Made by a program: the position numbers and the translations under genes. Below the pieces are notes generated by a model. It was not told the origin of the DNA. It saw only the letters and a program-made list of their open reading frames with translations, and did not search any database. Of a DNA stretch of 64,000 nt, positions 50,825 through 62,168 are shown piece after piece. Each line of letters starts with the position of its first letter. Position 1 is the first letter of the stretch. Origin of the DNA: Isoptericola halotolerans (GTDB lineage Bacteria > Actinomycetota > Actinomycetes > Actinomycetales > Cellulomonadaceae); contig NZ_JABEZU010000001.1 in assembly GCF_013149785.1 (NCBI RefSeq), positions 434,001-498,000 of the forward strand, read 5' to 3'.

Positions 50825-52173
50825 CGTTCTGGTGCGAGCACGCCTGGCTGCCCGGCGGGCTCGCCGACGGCGTGCGCGTCGACGTCCGCGACGGACGGTT
50901 CACGGCGGTCACGGCCGGTGCGACACCGAGCGCCGGGGACACGATCCTGGACGGCGTCGTGCTGCCCGGTCTCGCGAACGCGCACTCGCACGCCTTCCAC
51001 CGGGCGCTGCGCGGCCGCACGCACGACGACGGCGGGTCGTTCTGGACGTGGCGGGAGCGCATGTACGCCGTCGCCGACGTCCTCACCCCGGACCTCGTCG
51101 AACGGCTCGCTGCGGCGACGTACGCCGAGATGGCGCTCGCCGGCGTGACGTCGGTGGGGGAGTTCCACTACCTGCACCACGTGCTCGACGGCGGACGCGA
51201 CGGCGACCCGCTCGCGATGGCGCAGGCGCTGCGCCGTGCCGCGGCGCGGGCCGGGGTGCGCCTCACGCTGCTGGACACCTGCTACCTGCACGGCGGGCTC
51301 GACGCCGACGGGTACCAGCCCCGTGCGCCCGCTCAGCGGTGTCTCGGTGACGGCGACCTCGATACCTGGCGCTCGCGGGTGGACGCCCTGCACGCGGCGT
51401 GGCGGGGGGCGCAGGACGTGCGGGTCGGCGCCGCCGTGCACTCCGTGCGGGCGGTGGCCCCCGACGAGATCGCGGCGGTCGCGTCCTGGGTGCGCGAGCA
51501 CGACGCCCCGCTGCACGTGCACCTGTCCGAGCAGCGGGCCGAGAACGAGGCCGCCCTCGCGGCGCTGGGTGCGAGCCCGACGCGGATCCTCGACGAGGCC
51601 GGTGCCCTCGGGCCGCACACCACAGCTGTGCACGCCGTGCACCTGGACGCCGACGAGATCGCACGTCTCGCGACCACCGGCACGGCGGTGTGCGTGTGCC
51701 CGGCGACGGAGCGCGACCTCGCGGACGGCCTCGCCCCGGTGGCTCGGTTCGCCGCGGCCGGGGTGCCGCTGTGCGTCGGCTCCGACCAGCACGTGACCAC
51801 CGACCTGCTCGCCGAGGCGCGCGGGCTCGAGGAGCACGCTCGCCTCGGCAGCGGGCGGCGCGGTGTGCTCGCTCCCGCCGACCTGGTGACGGCGGTGACG
51901 GCGGCGGGCCACCGGGCGCTCGGCTGGGACGACGTCGGGCTCCTCGAGGTGGGAGCCCGCGCCGACCTCGTCGCCGTCTCCACCGACGGAGCCTCGACGG
52001 CCGGGGCCGACCCGGCACAGGTCGTCCTGGTGGCCGGCGCTCACGACGTGCGTACCGTGGTCCGGGACGGCCGGACGCTCGTGCGCGACGGACGGCACGT
52101 CGATGTCGAGGTCGCAGCCGCGCTGCGCTCGGTGGTCGCCGAGGTGTGGTCCCGGGTGGAGCAGGCGTCATGA
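50821..52173 (+). CDS. hutF: Formimidoylglutamate deiminase
   Basis: [41 protein letters not shown] and [11 protein letters not shown]. Confidence 0.9.
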   Translation: MTFWCEHAWLPGGLADGVRVDVRDGRFTAVTAGATPSAGDTILDGVVLPGLANAHSHAFHRALRGRTHDDGGSFWTWRERMYAVADVLTPDLVERLAAATYAEMALAGVTSVGEFHYLHHVLDGGRDGDPLAMAQALRRAAARAGVRLTLLDTCYLHGGLDADGYQPRAPAQRCLGDGDLDTWRSRVDALHAAWRGAQDVRVGAAVHSVRAVAPDEIAAVASWVREHDAPLHVHLSEQRAENEAALAALGASPTRILDEAGALGPHTTAVHAVHLDADEIARLATTGTAVCVCPATERDLADGLAPVARFAAAGVPLCVGSDQHVTTDLLAEARGLEEHARLGSGRRGVLAPADLVTAVTAAGHRALGWDDVGLLEVGARADLVAVSTDGASTAGADPAQVVLVAGAHDVRTVVRDGRTLVRDGRHVDVEVAAALRSVVAEVWSRVEQAS

Positions 52174-53396
52174 CGACCGACGATCGCAGCCTGGTGATCA
52201 CCGGCATCGGCGAGCTGGTGACGAACGACCCGGCCCACGGCGGGCCGCTGGGAGTGCTGCACGACGCCGCCGTCGTCGTGGCCGACCGCCACGTGGCGTG
52301 GGTCGGCCCGGCCTCGCAGGCACCGTCCGCCGACGACCGGCTGGACGCCGACGGCCGGTGCGTGCTGCCCGGGTTCGTCGACTCGCACTCGCACGCCGTG
52401 TTCGCCGGCGACCGGTCGGCCGAGTTCACCGCCCGGATGGCCGGTACGCCGTACACCGGCGGGGGGATCGCGACGACCGTCGCGGCGACGCGCGCCGCCT
52501 CGGACGGTGAGCTCCGCCGTCGGGCACGGTGCCTGGTGGAGGAGATGCTCGGGCAGGGGACCACGACCGTCGAGATCAAGAGCGGGTACGGCCAGGACGT
52601 CGCGACGGAGGTCCGGACGCTGCGCATCGCCCGTGAGCTCACCGAGGAGACCACGTTCCTCGGCGCGCACACGGTGCCGGCCGAGTACGCGCACGACCGC
52701 CGCGCCTACCTGGACCTGGTCACCGGGCCGATGCTCGCGGCCTGCGCCCCGCACGCCCGGTGGGTGGACGTCTTCTGCGAACCGGCCGCGCCCACGGCTT
52801 TCGACGCCGACGAGGCGCGCGAGGTGCTGCAGGCCGGGCGGCGCGCCGGGCTCCTGGTGCGCGTGCACGGCAACCAGCTCGGCCACGGCCCAGGTGTGCG
52901 CCTGGCCGTCGAGCACGGTGCCGCCAGCGTGGACCACTGCACGTACCTGTCCGACGACGACGTGGCCGCCCTCGCGGCGTCGGGCACCGTCGCCACCCTG
53001 CTGCCCGCCGTCGAGTTCTCCACCCGGTCGCCGTACCCGGACGCGCGCCGCCTCCTCGACGCCGGGGTCACGGTCGCGCTGGCCACCGACTGCAACCCCG
53101 GCACCTGCGGCTCGTCGTCGATGCCGCTGGTCGTGGCGCTCGCGGTGCGGGAGCTGCGCATGACACCGGAGCAGGCGCTGTGGTCGGCGACGGCGGGCGG
53201 TGCTGCCGCGTTGCGGCGAGCCGACGTCGGCTCCCTGCGCGTCGGCGCGCGCGCCGACCTCGTGGTGCTCGACGCTCCGACCTTCGTCCACCTCGCCTAC
53301 CGGCCCGGCGTACCGCTCGTGCACACCGTGCTGCGCGAGGGTCGCCCGACCGGCGGGCTCAGAAGACCGGCGGGGCAACCCTCTCGGCCGCGATGA
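52170..53396 (+). CDS. hutI: Imidazolonepropionase
   Basis: [30 protein letters not shown] and ATDCNPG. Confidence 0.94.
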   Translation: MTTDDRSLVITGIGELVTNDPAHGGPLGVLHDAAVVVADRHVAWVGPASQAPSADDRLDADGRCVLPGFVDSHSHAVFAGDRSAEFTARMAGTPYTGGGIATTVAATRAASDGELRRRARCLVEEMLGQGTTTVEIKSGYGQDVATEVRTLRIARELTEETTFLGAHTVPAEYAHDRRAYLDLVTGPMLAACAPHARWVDVFCEPAAPTAFDADEAREVLQAGRRAGLLVRVHGNQLGHGPGVRLAVEHGAASVDHCTYLSDDDVAALAASGTVATLLPAVEFSTRSPYPDARRLLDAGVTVALATDCNPGTCGSSSMPLVVALAVRELRMTPEQALWSATAGGAAALRRADVGSLRVGARADLVVLDAPTFVHLAYRPGVPLVHTVLREGRPTGGLRRPAGQPSRPR

Positions 53397-54405
53397 CGCG
53401 CGGCCCCTTGGCCGTCGTGGCGACGTGCGCCACGAGCGCCTCGCCCGGCTCCAGGTACGGGTCCCGGCGTGGCAGCGCGTTGGCCACCGCACGGCGCGAG
53501 TGCTGCCCGAGCACGTCCAGGACGGTCGGCAGGACGGGTCGGTGCGTGCACAGCACCGACGACCGCCCGGACTCGAGCAGGTCGCGCACGGCCGCCGCGA
53601 CGCGTGCCGGCGACCGCTCGTGCTGCGCCTCGCCGAGGTTGTCGCTGTACTGGGGCCGGACGCCCGACGCCCGCACGTACGGGTCGATCGTCGTCGCGCA
53701 CCGCTCCCACCGGCTGGACACCACCGAGTCGACACCGTAGGCCGCGAGGACCGGCACCAGCGCCACCGCCTGGGCGTGGCCGATCGGTGTCAGCGGCCGC
53801 TCCTGCTCCTGGCCGTACCAGGACGCCCGGGACAGGGCCCGGCCATGACGGACGATCACGACGGCGTGGGTCGCGAGGTGCCCGTCCCGCGCGGCCTCGA
53901 CGAGAGCGTCCAGGGGCCCGCGGTCGGTCGCCCGCGTGATCTGCTCGGCGGCGACGTCGGCGTCCACCCACTCGCACCGGTCGATCTCGTGCTTGTCCAC
54001 CGGGGCCACCGGCGCCCGGGCCGCGAGCGGGTGGGCGTCGTCCTTCGGCGAGGCGCGTCGTGCCGCCCAGTAGTGGACCCGCTTCACGCGACCTTCCGGG
54101 GTGAGGTACTGCAGCCCCGGCAGCGGCAGGCCGAGCACGACGGGGCGCCCGGTCTCCTCGGTGACCTCACGCACCGCCGTCGTCGCCAGGGACTCGCCCT
54201 CCTCGTGCTTCCCCTTGGGCCACGACCAGTCGTCGTAGCGGGGCCGGTGCACGAGCTGGACCTGCAGCTTCTTGTGCCGCAGCCGCCACACGAGCGCGCC
54301 CGCCGTCTCGATGACGGGCGCGTGCTGGACCGAGGTGGCGCCGAGCGGGTCGACGAAGGGCGTCGCGGTGCGCAGCGGACGCGGCGATTGCGCGGCGGAG
54401 GTCAT
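53359..54405 (-). CDS. NUDIX hydrolase with C-terminal histidine-phosphatase domain (MutT1-like)
   Basis: [14 protein letters not shown]...[24 protein letters not shown]. Confidence 0.92.
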   Translation of the reverse strand: MTSAAQSPRPLRTATPFVDPLGATSVQHAPVIETAGALVWRLRHKKLQVQLVHRPRYDDWSWPKGKHEEGESLATTAVREVTEETGRPVVLGLPLPGLQYLTPEGRVKRVHYWAARRASPKDDAHPLAARAPVAPVDKHEIDRCEWVDADVAAEQITRATDRGPLDALVEAARDGHLATHAVVIVRHGRALSRASWYGQEQERPLTPIGHAQAVALVPVLAAYGVDSVVSSRWERCATTIDPYVRASGVRPQYSDNLGEAQHERSPARVAAAVRDLLESGRSSVLCTHRPVLPTVLDVLGQHSRRAVANALPRRDPYLEPGEALVAHVATTAKGPRVIAAERVAPPVF

Positions 54406-54414
54406 CGCGCTCCG

Positions 54415-56769
54415 TCAGCGGGTCATGCTGGGTCGGCGGCGGTGACGCCGGACCAGCCGGGTCTGCAGGTCCGCCAGCGGCTCGCCCTCCGGACCGGCGG
54501 CACGGGTCCACGACCCGTCGGGCTGCAGGTGCCACGAGGCGGTGTCGTCGGACATCGACTCGTTCATCAGCTCCAGGAGCTCCAGCACCTGGTTCTCGTC
54601 GCTGATGCGCACCAGCGCCTCGACGCGGCGGTCCAGGTTGCGGTGCATGAGGTCGGCGGAACCGATGAAGACCTCGGGACCCGTCTCGGGGCCCTCCCCG
54701 ATGGCCGGGCCCGCGGAGTTCGCGAAGGCGAAGATCCGTGAGTGCTCGAGGAAGCGGCCGAGGATGGACCGCACCCGGATGTTCTCGCTCAGCCCGGGGA
54801 CGCCCGGGCGCACGGCGCAGATGCCGCGCACCACCAGGTCGACCTTCGCCCCGGCCTGCGAGGCGCGGTACAGCGCGTCGATCGTCGCCTCGTCGACCGC
54901 GGAGTTCACCTTGATCTTCACCCAGGCGTCGTGGCCGGCACGGGCGGCGGCGGCCTCCCGGTCGATGCGTTCGATCAGGCCGGTGCGGACGGTCCGTGGA
55001 GCGACCAGCAGGCGGTGGAACTTCGAGCGCGGTGCGTACCCGGAGAGCTGGTTGAACAGGCGGGTGAGGTCCTGGCCGACGTCCGGGTCGCACGTGAGCA
55101 GCCCGTGGTCGGTGTAGAGCCGGGCTGTCTTCGGGTGGTAGTTCCCGGTGCCGACGTGGCAGTAGCGACGCAGCCCGTCCGACTCCTGCCGCACGACGAG
55201 GGACAGCTTGCAGTGGGTCTTGAGACCCACGATGCCGTAGACGACGTGCACGCCCGCCTGCTCCAGCTTGCGGGCCCAGGAGATGTTGGCCTGCTCGTCG
55301 AACCGCGCCTTGATCTCCACCAGCGCCAGCACCTGCTTGCCGGCCTCCGCGGCGTCGATGAGCGCGTCCACGATCGGGGAGTCGCCCGAGGTCCGGTAGA
55401 GGGTCTGCTTGATGGCCAGCACCTTGGGGTCGGCGGCCGCCTGCTCGAGGAAGGTCTGCACCGACGTCGAGAAGGAGTCGTACGGGTGGTGCAGCAGGAC
55501 GTCCCGTTCCCGGATCGCCGTGAAGACGTTGCCCGGCATGGCGGACTCGACCTCCGCGAGCTGGCGGTGGGTGGTCGGGATGAACGGGGGGAAGTGCAGC
55601 TCGGCCCGGTCGATGTCCGCGATGACGTTCAGGCCGGTGAGGTCCAACGGCCCGTGCAGCTCGTAGACCTCCTCCTCGACGACGCCGAGCTCACGGACCA
55701 GCAGCTCACGGATCCGCGGGGAGATGCCCTCGGCCAGCTCCAGGCGGACCGGCGGGCCGAACCGGCGTCGCAGCAGCTCCTTCTCCATGGCCTGCAGGAG
55801 GTTCTCGGCGTCGTCCTCCTCGACCTCCACGTCCTCGTTGCGGGTGACGCGGAAGGTGTGGTGCTCGCGCACCTCCATGCCGGGGAACAGGTGGTCCAGG
55901 TGCTGGGCGATGACCTCTTCCAGAGGGACGAACGACTTCTGCGTGCCCCCCGCCTGGGTCGGCGTCGGAGCGCTGGGTCGCCCCCGGTCGTCGACGGCGA
56001 TGAACCGCGGCAGCAGCGGTGGCACCTTGACCCGGGCGAAGTGCTCCTTGCCGGTCAGGGGGTTGACCACCACCACGGCGAGGTTGAGCGACAGCCCCGA
56101 GATGTAGGGGAAGGGGTGCGCCGGGTCGACGGCGAGGGGGGTGAGCACGGGGAAGATGTGCTTGCGGAAGAACTTGTGCAGCCGCTGCTGCTCCTTGTCG
56201 AGCAGCTCGTCCCAGTGCACGATCGTGATGCCCTCGTCCGCCAGTGCCGGCTGGACGTCGGTGCGGAAGACGGCGGCATGGCGCTCCATGAGCCGGTGCG
56301 CGCCGGCGCCGATGCCCTCGAGGACCTCGCGCGGGTTCAGCCCGGACGCCGCGGTGACGGCGATCCCGGTGGCGATGCGCCGCTTCAGACCGGCGACCCG
56401 GACCATGAAGAACTCGTCGAGGTTCGAGGCGAAGATCGCCAGGTACCGGACGCGTTCCAGCAGCGGCAGGGACGCGTCCTCGGCCAGCTCCAGCACACGC
56501 TCGTTGAACGCGAGCCAGCTCAGCTCGCGGTCCGCGAACCGGTCGTCGGGCAGCGCGATCTCCTCCGGGGGGACGACGTCGAGATGGTGCGTGACGTCGT
56601 CGGCGTCCTCGGCGATGTGCTCGGCGATGTGGGCGGCGAGCTGGGGGTCCATGCGACGGGGCCCTGCCTTTGCGGTCGTTCGGGTCTCGGAGGTGGCGAC
56701 GTCCGCCGCGGCGACGAACCGCCCGCGGGAGTCTCGCCGCCGGGAGGGGAGCGGGCTGGACGCAGTCAT
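54415..56769 (-). CDS. ppk1: Polyphosphate kinase 1
   Basis: [38 protein letters not shown] and GRFLEHSR. Confidence 0.97.
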   Translation of the reverse strand: MTASSPLPSRRRDSRGRFVAAADVATSETRTTAKAGPRRMDPQLAAHIAEHIAEDADDVTHHLDVVPPEEIALPDDRFADRELSWLAFNERVLELAEDASLPLLERVRYLAIFASNLDEFFMVRVAGLKRRIATGIAVTAASGLNPREVLEGIGAGAHRLMERHAAVFRTDVQPALADEGITIVHWDELLDKEQQRLHKFFRKHIFPVLTPLAVDPAHPFPYISGLSLNLAVVVVNPLTGKEHFARVKVPPLLPRFIAVDDRGRPSAPTPTQAGGTQKSFVPLEEVIAQHLDHLFPGMEVREHHTFRVTRNEDVEVEEDDAENLLQAMEKELLRRRFGPPVRLELAEGISPRIRELLVRELGVVEEEVYELHGPLDLTGLNVIADIDRAELHFPPFIPTTHRQLAEVESAMPGNVFTAIRERDVLLHHPYDSFSTSVQTFLEQAAADPKVLAIKQTLYRTSGDSPIVDALIDAAEAGKQVLALVEIKARFDEQANISWARKLEQAGVHVVYGIVGLKTHCKLSLVVRQESDGLRRYCHVGTGNYHPKTARLYTDHGLLTCDPDVGQDLTRLFNQLSGYAPRSKFHRLLVAPRTVRTGLIERIDREAAAARAGHDAWVKIKVNSAVDEATIDALYRASQAGAKVDLVVRGICAVRPGVPGLSENIRVRSILGRFLEHSRIFAFANSAGPAIGEGPETGPEVFIGSADLMHRNLDRRVEALVRISDENQVLELLELMNESMSDDTASWHLQPDGSWTRAAGPEGEPLADLQTRLVRRHRRRPSMTR

Positions 56770-56786
56770 GTGCCCATGTTGGCACC

Positions 56787-56808
56787 GAATCATGAACGGT
56801 GGGTGACG
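56787..56808 (-). promoter_or_regulatory. PHO-box-like direct repeat upstream of ppk1
   Basis: Minus strand CGTCACCCACC GTTCATGATTC; units 11 nt apart. Confidence 0.5.
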
Positions 56809-56838
56809 TGTACGGGTTGGGCGATCGGTGGTCGTGCC

Positions 56839-57798
56839 TCAGGGAGTGAGGGTCGGTGCGTACTGGACGTCGATCGCAGCGCGGTCGAAGCCGGCGCGAC
56901 GGTAGGTCGCCACGGCGGCGGCGTTGTCGCCGTCGACGTAGAGCACGGCCCGAGTGCAGCCGACGGCCGCGAGGTGGTGGAGCCCTGCGTCGGTGAGCAG
57001 CGCGCCGAGGCCGTGGCCCTGGAGGGCCGGGTCCACGCCCACGGCGTAGATCTCGCCGTCGCGCGTGGCGTCGGGCTGGCCGGTGGCGACCTTGGTCCAC
57101 ACCGAACCGACGAGGCGGCCGTCCGGTCCCTCGAGCAGGAGGAAACCCTCGGGGTCGAACCAGTCCTCCGCGACCCGGGCGTGCAGGTCGCGGACGGTCA
57201 GACGCCCCTGCTCGGGGTGGTCGGCGAAGGCCTGCGCGTTGAGCGCGACCCAGGCCTCGTCGTCGGCACCGGGTCGGAAGGCGCGGATCCGGTAGCCGGA
57301 CGGTGGCGCGGGCGCGGTCGGCGCCTGGTCGAGCTGTCGATCGAGCGGTCGGGCGAGCAGGAGCAGCTCGCGGACGCGTCCGTAGCCCCTGGCCGCGGCG
57401 AGATCGCGTGCTGCGGGCAGGTCGCCGTGGGCCCACACCCGCAGCGGGACGCGGCGCTGGCCGGGGGAGCCGGACCGGCCCGGCAGGCGGGCGTCCCGCT
57501 CGGCGGTGCGGAGCAGCAGGCTGCCGATCCCGGCACGGCGGTGCTCGGGGTGGACGACCAGCTCGGCGCTCGCGACGTCGCCGCCGCGGTCCACCTGGAG
57601 GTAGCCGGTGGTGGCGCCGGACTTGGTCTGCACCCGCACGTGGGTGAGGTCGTGGCTGTCGTCGGCGAGGCGCAGGAGCGGCTGCTCCGACAGGGGAGCC
57701 ACCCCGTCGTGGGCCGCGGCGTCCGCGGCGAGTCGGCGGACGGCGTCCTGGGCGGCAGGGCTCAGCGGGCCGATCTCGATCGGGAAGGGGAAGCGCAC
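56839..57798 (-). CDS. mshD: Mycothiol synthase (tandem GNAT)
   Basis: [47 protein letters not shown] and LYVDGDN. Confidence 0.93.
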   Translation of the reverse strand: MRFPFPIEIGPLSPAAQDAVRRLAADAAAHDGVAPLSEQPLLRLADDSHDLTHVRVQTKSGATTGYLQVDRGGDVASAELVVHPEHRRAGIGSLLLRTAERDARLPGRSGSPGQRRVPLRVWAHGDLPAARDLAAARGYGRVRELLLLARPLDRQLDQAPTAPAPPSGYRIRAFRPGADDEAWVALNAQAFADHPEQGRLTVRDLHARVAEDWFDPEGFLLLEGPDGRLVGSVWTKVATGQPDATRDGEIYAVGVDPALQGHGLGALLTDAGLHHLAAVGCTRAVLYVDGDNAAAVATYRRAGFDRAAIDVQYAPTLTP

Positions 57799-57813
57799 CC
57801 GCCCATTGTCCAC

Positions 57814-57896
57814 GCCGACCATGCCCTTGCGACAGCCGACCATGCCCTGACGGCCCGTCCGGCGGTGCGGACGGGCCGTCAGGGCATGGTCGGCTG
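57814..57896. repeat. 29-bp perfect inverted repeat (57833-57861/57868-57896) plus an extra 14-bp copy (57814-57827); likely acs terminator or REP-like element
   Basis: CAGCCGACCATGCCCTGACGGCCCGTCCG-gcggtg-reverse complement; GCCGACCATGCCCT occurs twice in direct orientation. Confidence 0.8.
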
Positions 57897-57913
57897 GTGG
57901 CGGCGACGAGCGG

Positions 57914-59920
57914 TCAGTCGTTGCTGCTGCCCGACAGCCCCGCCTGGATGAGGCCCATGACCGACGAGTCCGCCAGCGTGGTGGCGTCGCCGACCTCACG
58001 GTTCTCGGCGACGTCGCGCAGCAGGCGACGCATGATCTTGCCGGAGCGGGTCTTGGGCAGCTCGGCGACCACGAGGATCCGCTTCGGCTTGGCGATGGGG
58101 CCGATCTCCTTGGCGACGTGGTCGCGCAGGGTCTTCTCGATCCGGGCCGAGCCCTCGTCGGTGGATGCCTCGTCGGCGTGCCCGCCGCGCAGGATCACGA
58201 ACGCGACCACGGCCTGGCCGGAGACGTCGTCCGCGGCGCCGACGACGGCGGCCTCCGCCACGAGCTCGTTCGACACCAGGGCCGACTCGATCTCCGTGGT
58301 GGACAGCCGGTGCCCCGAGACGTTCATGACGTCGTCGACGCGCCCCAGCAGCCAGATGTCGCCGTCGTCGTCCTTCTTGGCGCCGTCGCCCGCGAAGTAG
58401 ACGCCGGGGAACCGGGACCAGTAGGTGTCCTTGAACCGCTGCAGGTCCCCCCAGATGCCGCGCAGCATCGACGGCCACGGCTCGGCGAGCACCAGGTAGC
58501 CGCCGCCGCCGTCCGGGACCGGGTTCGCCTCGTCGTCGACGACGGTGGCGGCGATGCCGGGCAGCGGCACCTGCGCGGAGCCGGGCTTGGCGGCGGTGAC
58601 GCCGGGCAGCGGCGAGATCATGATGGCGCCGGTCTCCGTCTGCCACCAGGTGTCCACGATCGGGGTGCGGTCGGAACCGATGACGCGGCGGTACCACATC
58701 CACGCCTCGGGGTTGATGGGCTCGCCCACGGAACCCAGCACGCGCAGCGAGGACAGGTCGAACTCGGCCGGGATCTCCTCGCCCCACTTCATGCAGGCGC
58801 GGATCGCGGTGGGCGCCGTGTAGAAGATCGAGACGCCGTACTTCTGCACGATCTCCCACCAGCGGCCGCGGTGGGGGGTGTCGGGGGTGCCCTCGTAGAT
58901 GACCTGGGTGGCACCGTTGAGCAGCGGGCCGTAGACGATGTACGAGTGGCCGGTGACCCAGCCGATGTCCGCGGTGCACCAGTAGACGTCGGACTCCGCC
59001 TTGAGGTCGAACACGTTCTTGTGCGTGAACGCCGTCTGGGTGAGGTAGCCGCCGGTGGTGTGCAGGATGCCCTTCGGCTTCCCGGTGGTGCCCGAGGTGT
59101 ACAGGATGAACAGCGGGTGCTCGGCGTCGACCCAGGCCGGCTCGTGGAAGGTGTCGGCGGCCTCGACGGCGTCGTGCCACCACACGTCGCGCCCCTCGGT
59201 CCAGGCGACGTCCTGCCGGGTGCGCCGCACGACGAGCACGTGCTCGACGGTGGTGGCCTCCGCGCCGTCCTTCGGGGCGAGCGCCTCGTCCACGGCGGGC
59301 TTGAGGGCGCTGGGCGCACCGCGGCGGTACCCGCCGTCGGCCGTGATGACCAGCTTGGCCCCGGCGTCGGAGATCCTGCTGCGCAGGGCGTCGGCGCTGA
59401 ACCCGCCGAAGACGACGGAGTGCGCGGCGCCGAGCCGGGCGCAGGCGAGCATCGCCACGACCGACTCGACGAGCATCGGCAGGTAGATGACGACGCGGTC
59501 GCCGGACTCGACCCCGAGCGCGGCCAGGGCGTTGGCGGCCCGGGAGACCTCGCGCTGCAGGTCCGCGTAGGTGACGGTCCGGGTGTCGCCGGGCTCGCCC
59601 TCGAAGTGGATGGCGACGCGGTCGCCGAGGCCGGCCTCGACGTGCCGGTCGACGGCGTTGTAGGCGGCGTTGAGGGTGCCGTCGGCGAACCACCGTGCCA
59701 CGGGCGCCCCGGACCAGTCGAGCGTCTCGGTGAAGGGCGTCTTCCAGGTGACCAGCTCGCGGGCCTGGCGGGCCCAGAACTCGACACGGTCGGCGGCGGC
59801 CTCGTCGTACATCGAGGGCTGGGCGTTGGCCTGGGCCGCGAACTCGGGGCTCGGGGGGAACGCTCGTGTCTCGTGGAGCAGGTTCTCCAGGCTCGGGCTG
59901 GTGGACTGGCTGTCGGTCAC
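57914..59920 (-). CDS. acs: Acetyl-CoA synthetase (AMP-forming)
   Basis: [20 protein letters not shown] and [21 protein letters not shown]. Confidence 0.97.
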   Translation of the reverse strand: MTDSQSTSPSLENLLHETRAFPPSPEFAAQANAQPSMYDEAAADRVEFWARQARELVTWKTPFTETLDWSGAPVARWFADGTLNAAYNAVDRHVEAGLGDRVAIHFEGEPGDTRTVTYADLQREVSRAANALAALGVESGDRVVIYLPMLVESVVAMLACARLGAAHSVVFGGFSADALRSRISDAGAKLVITADGGYRRGAPSALKPAVDEALAPKDGAEATTVEHVLVVRRTRQDVAWTEGRDVWWHDAVEAADTFHEPAWVDAEHPLFILYTSGTTGKPKGILHTTGGYLTQTAFTHKNVFDLKAESDVYWCTADIGWVTGHSYIVYGPLLNGATQVIYEGTPDTPHRGRWWEIVQKYGVSIFYTAPTAIRACMKWGEEIPAEFDLSSLRVLGSVGEPINPEAWMWYRRVIGSDRTPIVDTWWQTETGAIMISPLPGVTAAKPGSAQVPLPGIAATVVDDEANPVPDGGGGYLVLAEPWPSMLRGIWGDLQRFKDTYWSRFPGVYFAGDGAKKDDDGDIWLLGRVDDVMNVSGHRLSTTEIESALVSNELVAEAAVVGAADDVSGQAVVAFVILRGGHADEASTDEGSARIEKTLRDHVAKEIGPIAKPKRILVVAELPKTRSGKIMRRLLRDVAENREVGDATTLADSSVMGLIQAGLSGSSND

Positions 59921-60120
59921 TGGTTCCTCCGCGTCGTCGCGTTCCGTCCGTGGGCGTCCCCGAGGGGCCGCCTCTGGGGAGTGTAGACCCGAGTCCTGGC
60001 GCAGATCACGCCCAGGAACGACAATAATAAGGGGAACTCACTTATCCGACCGTTCGGTCGCCGACGGCGCCGTCCGGCGAACGGTAGAGCGCTGCGCCCG
60101 AACGGTCCGCTCCGTGGTGC

Positions 60121-60305
60121 GAGCGGCGTCTGCCCACGGTGCCGGCGCACGAGTGCGGCGCCCGGGACCGTGCCACCGAGCGCCGCTCTCGCCGGACGGT
60201 CCGCGGGTAGCAGGCGCGTGGTCCTCACGTCGTCGTACCGGGTCCAGCCCGCTCGACGAGTCCTCAGTGGACTGTCTGTGCGTGGGTCCCGCGGCCCCTC
60301 CTGAC
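60121..60305 (-). ncRNA. Ms1-like (RNA polymerase core-binding) RNA candidate
   Basis: Syntenic position between the HAD-IB gene and acs; TTGCGG-N17-TTCCAT promoter (60341-60313); closing pair CCGCGGG/CCCGCGG; long 3' hairpin at 60121-60188. Confidence 0.65.
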
Positions 60306-60358
60306 ACCTTCCATGGAACGCCTGACCGGCACGATCCGCAACAGGTGTCCGTGAAGAT

Positions 60359-61192
60359 TCAGGCCCGGCGCCGCAGGCGTCGCCACAGCGCCCAGGCGAG
60401 ACCCGCCAGCGCCAGCGAGCCGACGACGGCGAGCACCGGCGTCGGGCGGATCCGGGGCCGCAGCGCGACCGGGCGCGTGAAGGTGAGCGTGCCCCACCCG
60501 TTCTGCGCCGCCAGCCGCCGCAGCGCGCGGTCGGGGTTCACGGCGAACCCGTGCCCGACCGTCGCGAGCATCGGCGCGTCGGTGATCGAGTCCGAGTAGG
60601 CGTAGCAGCGCTGCAGGTCGTACCCGCGGGCGGCCGCCAGCTCCGACATCGCCGTCGCCTTGTTCTCGCCGTAGGCGTAGAAGTCGATCTCCCCCGTGAA
60701 CCGGCCGTCGGCGACCGCCATCCGGGTCGCGACCACGTGGTCCGCACCGAGCATCCTGGCGATCGGCTCGACCAGCTCGGTGCCCGACGCCGAGACCACG
60801 ACCACGTCGTGGCCCAGCGCGTGGTGCTCCTCGATGAGCGCCACCGCCTCCGCGTAGACGTAGGGGTCGATGTGCTCGTGCAGGGTCTCGGCCACGATCT
60901 GCTCCACCGTGGCCACGTCCCAGCCGGTCGCCAGCTCCGACAGGTGCCGTCGCATCCTCTCGGTCTGGTCGGCGTCCGCGCTGCCCGCCAGGTAGAGGAA
61001 GTGGGCGTAGGCGCTGCGCAGCACGTCGCCGCGCGTGATCAGCCCCCCGGCGAAGAACGAGCGGGAGAACGCCGCCGTCGAGCTCGTCGCGATGACGGTC
61101 TTGTCGAGGTCGAAGAATGCGGCCACCCGGTGCCCGGCCCGGGCCCGCGTCCGCTCCCGCGGCGGGGGCGTGGCCGACGACGAGGAGATCAC
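60359..61192 (-). CDS. HAD-IB family hydrolase (morphological differentiation-associated, Rv3661-like)
   Basis: AAFFDLDKT, VSAS, YGENK, AYSDSITD and AVNPDR; start approximate. Confidence 0.9.
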   Translation of the reverse strand: MISSSSATPPPRERTRARAGHRVAAFFDLDKTVIATSSTAAFSRSFFAGGLITRGDVLRSAYAHFLYLAGSADADQTERMRRHLSELATGWDVATVEQIVAETLHEHIDPYVYAEAVALIEEHHALGHDVVVVSASGTELVEPIARMLGADHVVATRMAVADGRFTGEIDFYAYGENKATAMSELAAARGYDLQRCYAYSDSITDAPMLATVGHGFAVNPDRALRRLAAQNGWGTLTFTRPVALRPRIRPTPVLAVVGSLALAGLAWALWRRLRRRA

Positions 61193-61334
61193 CCGACGAA
61201 GCCTATCGGGACCCGCCGGGACCACTGCCGGCCCGACGCGCCGCCGTCAGGACGCCACCCCCAACCGGCGCCGCTGCACAGCCGCGCCCACCGTCGGCGC
61301 GCGGTGGGGCCGCCGCACCCCAGGATCGGGCGCC

Positions 61335-62168
61335 ATGAGCACAGCCCACCCCACGACGGCGACACCCCGAGCGGTGCACCCCCCTGCCCCGGAGCCCCGC
61401 CCCACGACGACGCCGTCCGGCGCCGTCCGGATGGTCGCCGTCCTCGGTGCCCGTGGTGGTGCCGGCACCAGCCTGCTGGCCGCCGCGCTCGCCCGTGCCC
61501 TGCGGCGCCGCTCCGGTGCCGCGGCCCTGGTCGACCTGGACGTGCCCGGAGGAGGGCTGGACGTGCTGCTCGGGATCGAGGACGTGCGCGGTGCCCGCTG
61601 GCCCGACCTCACCCACGCCCGAGGGGCGCTCGACGGCGACGGCCTGGTGGCCGCCCTGCCTCGCTGGGGAGCCGTACCGGTGCTGTCCGGGACCCGCAGC
61701 GCCGACGGGCAGCGCGCCCCCGACCACGGCGTCGTCCTCGACGTGACCACCGCGCTGCTGCGGTCGGGCCACCCCGTGGTCCTCGACGTGCCGCGTCCGA
61801 GCGCGTGGCGCGAGGCGACCCGTGCCCTGGTCTCGGCCGCCGACGCGGTGGTGCTCGTGGTCCCGCTCACCGCCCCCTCCGTGGCCGGGGCCGTCGCGAG
61901 CACGGCACTCCTCGACGAGCTCGGTGCGGGGCCCGTGCACGTCGTGCCCCGTCGCCCCGCCCCCGGTCGCGTCGACACCGCCGGTCTCGAGGTGGCCCTC
62001 GCGCGGCCCGTGGCGGCCACCCTCGGCTGGGACGGCCGCCTCGCGGCCGCCGTGGAACGTGGAGACGGGCCGCGCGTCGGCCGACGCAGCCCGCTCGGGA
62101 CCACCGCCGCGCGGTTGGTGGAGCTGCTCGACCGCCGTCCGGTCGCCACGACGGGGACCGGCACGTGA
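61335..62168 (+). CDS. ssd: Ssd/CpaE-like (MinD-family) protein of the tad locus
   Basis: Deviant Walker A GARGGAGTS, LVDLD..GGGLDVLLG and GARWPDL. Confidence 0.8.
   Translation: MSTAHPTTATPRAVHPPAPEPRPTTTPSGAVRMVAVLGARGGAGTSLLAAALARALRRRSGAAALVDLDVPGGGLDVLLGIEDVRGARWPDLTHARGALDGDGLVAALPRWGAVPVLSGTRSADGQRAPDHGVVLDVTTALLRSGHPVVLDVPRPSAWREATRALVSAADAVVLVVPLTAPSVAGAVASTALLDELGAGPVHVVPRRPAPGRVDTAGLEVALARPVAATLGWDGRLAAAVERGDGPRVGRRSPLGTTAARLVELLDRRPVATTGTGT

Noticed and set aside
59917..60497. Short ORFs in the acs-HAD gap (59917-60228, 60038-60307, 60264-60497)
   Set aside because: Arg/Pro-rich, no RBS, poor codon bias; the region is better explained by an ncRNA plus the acs promoter.
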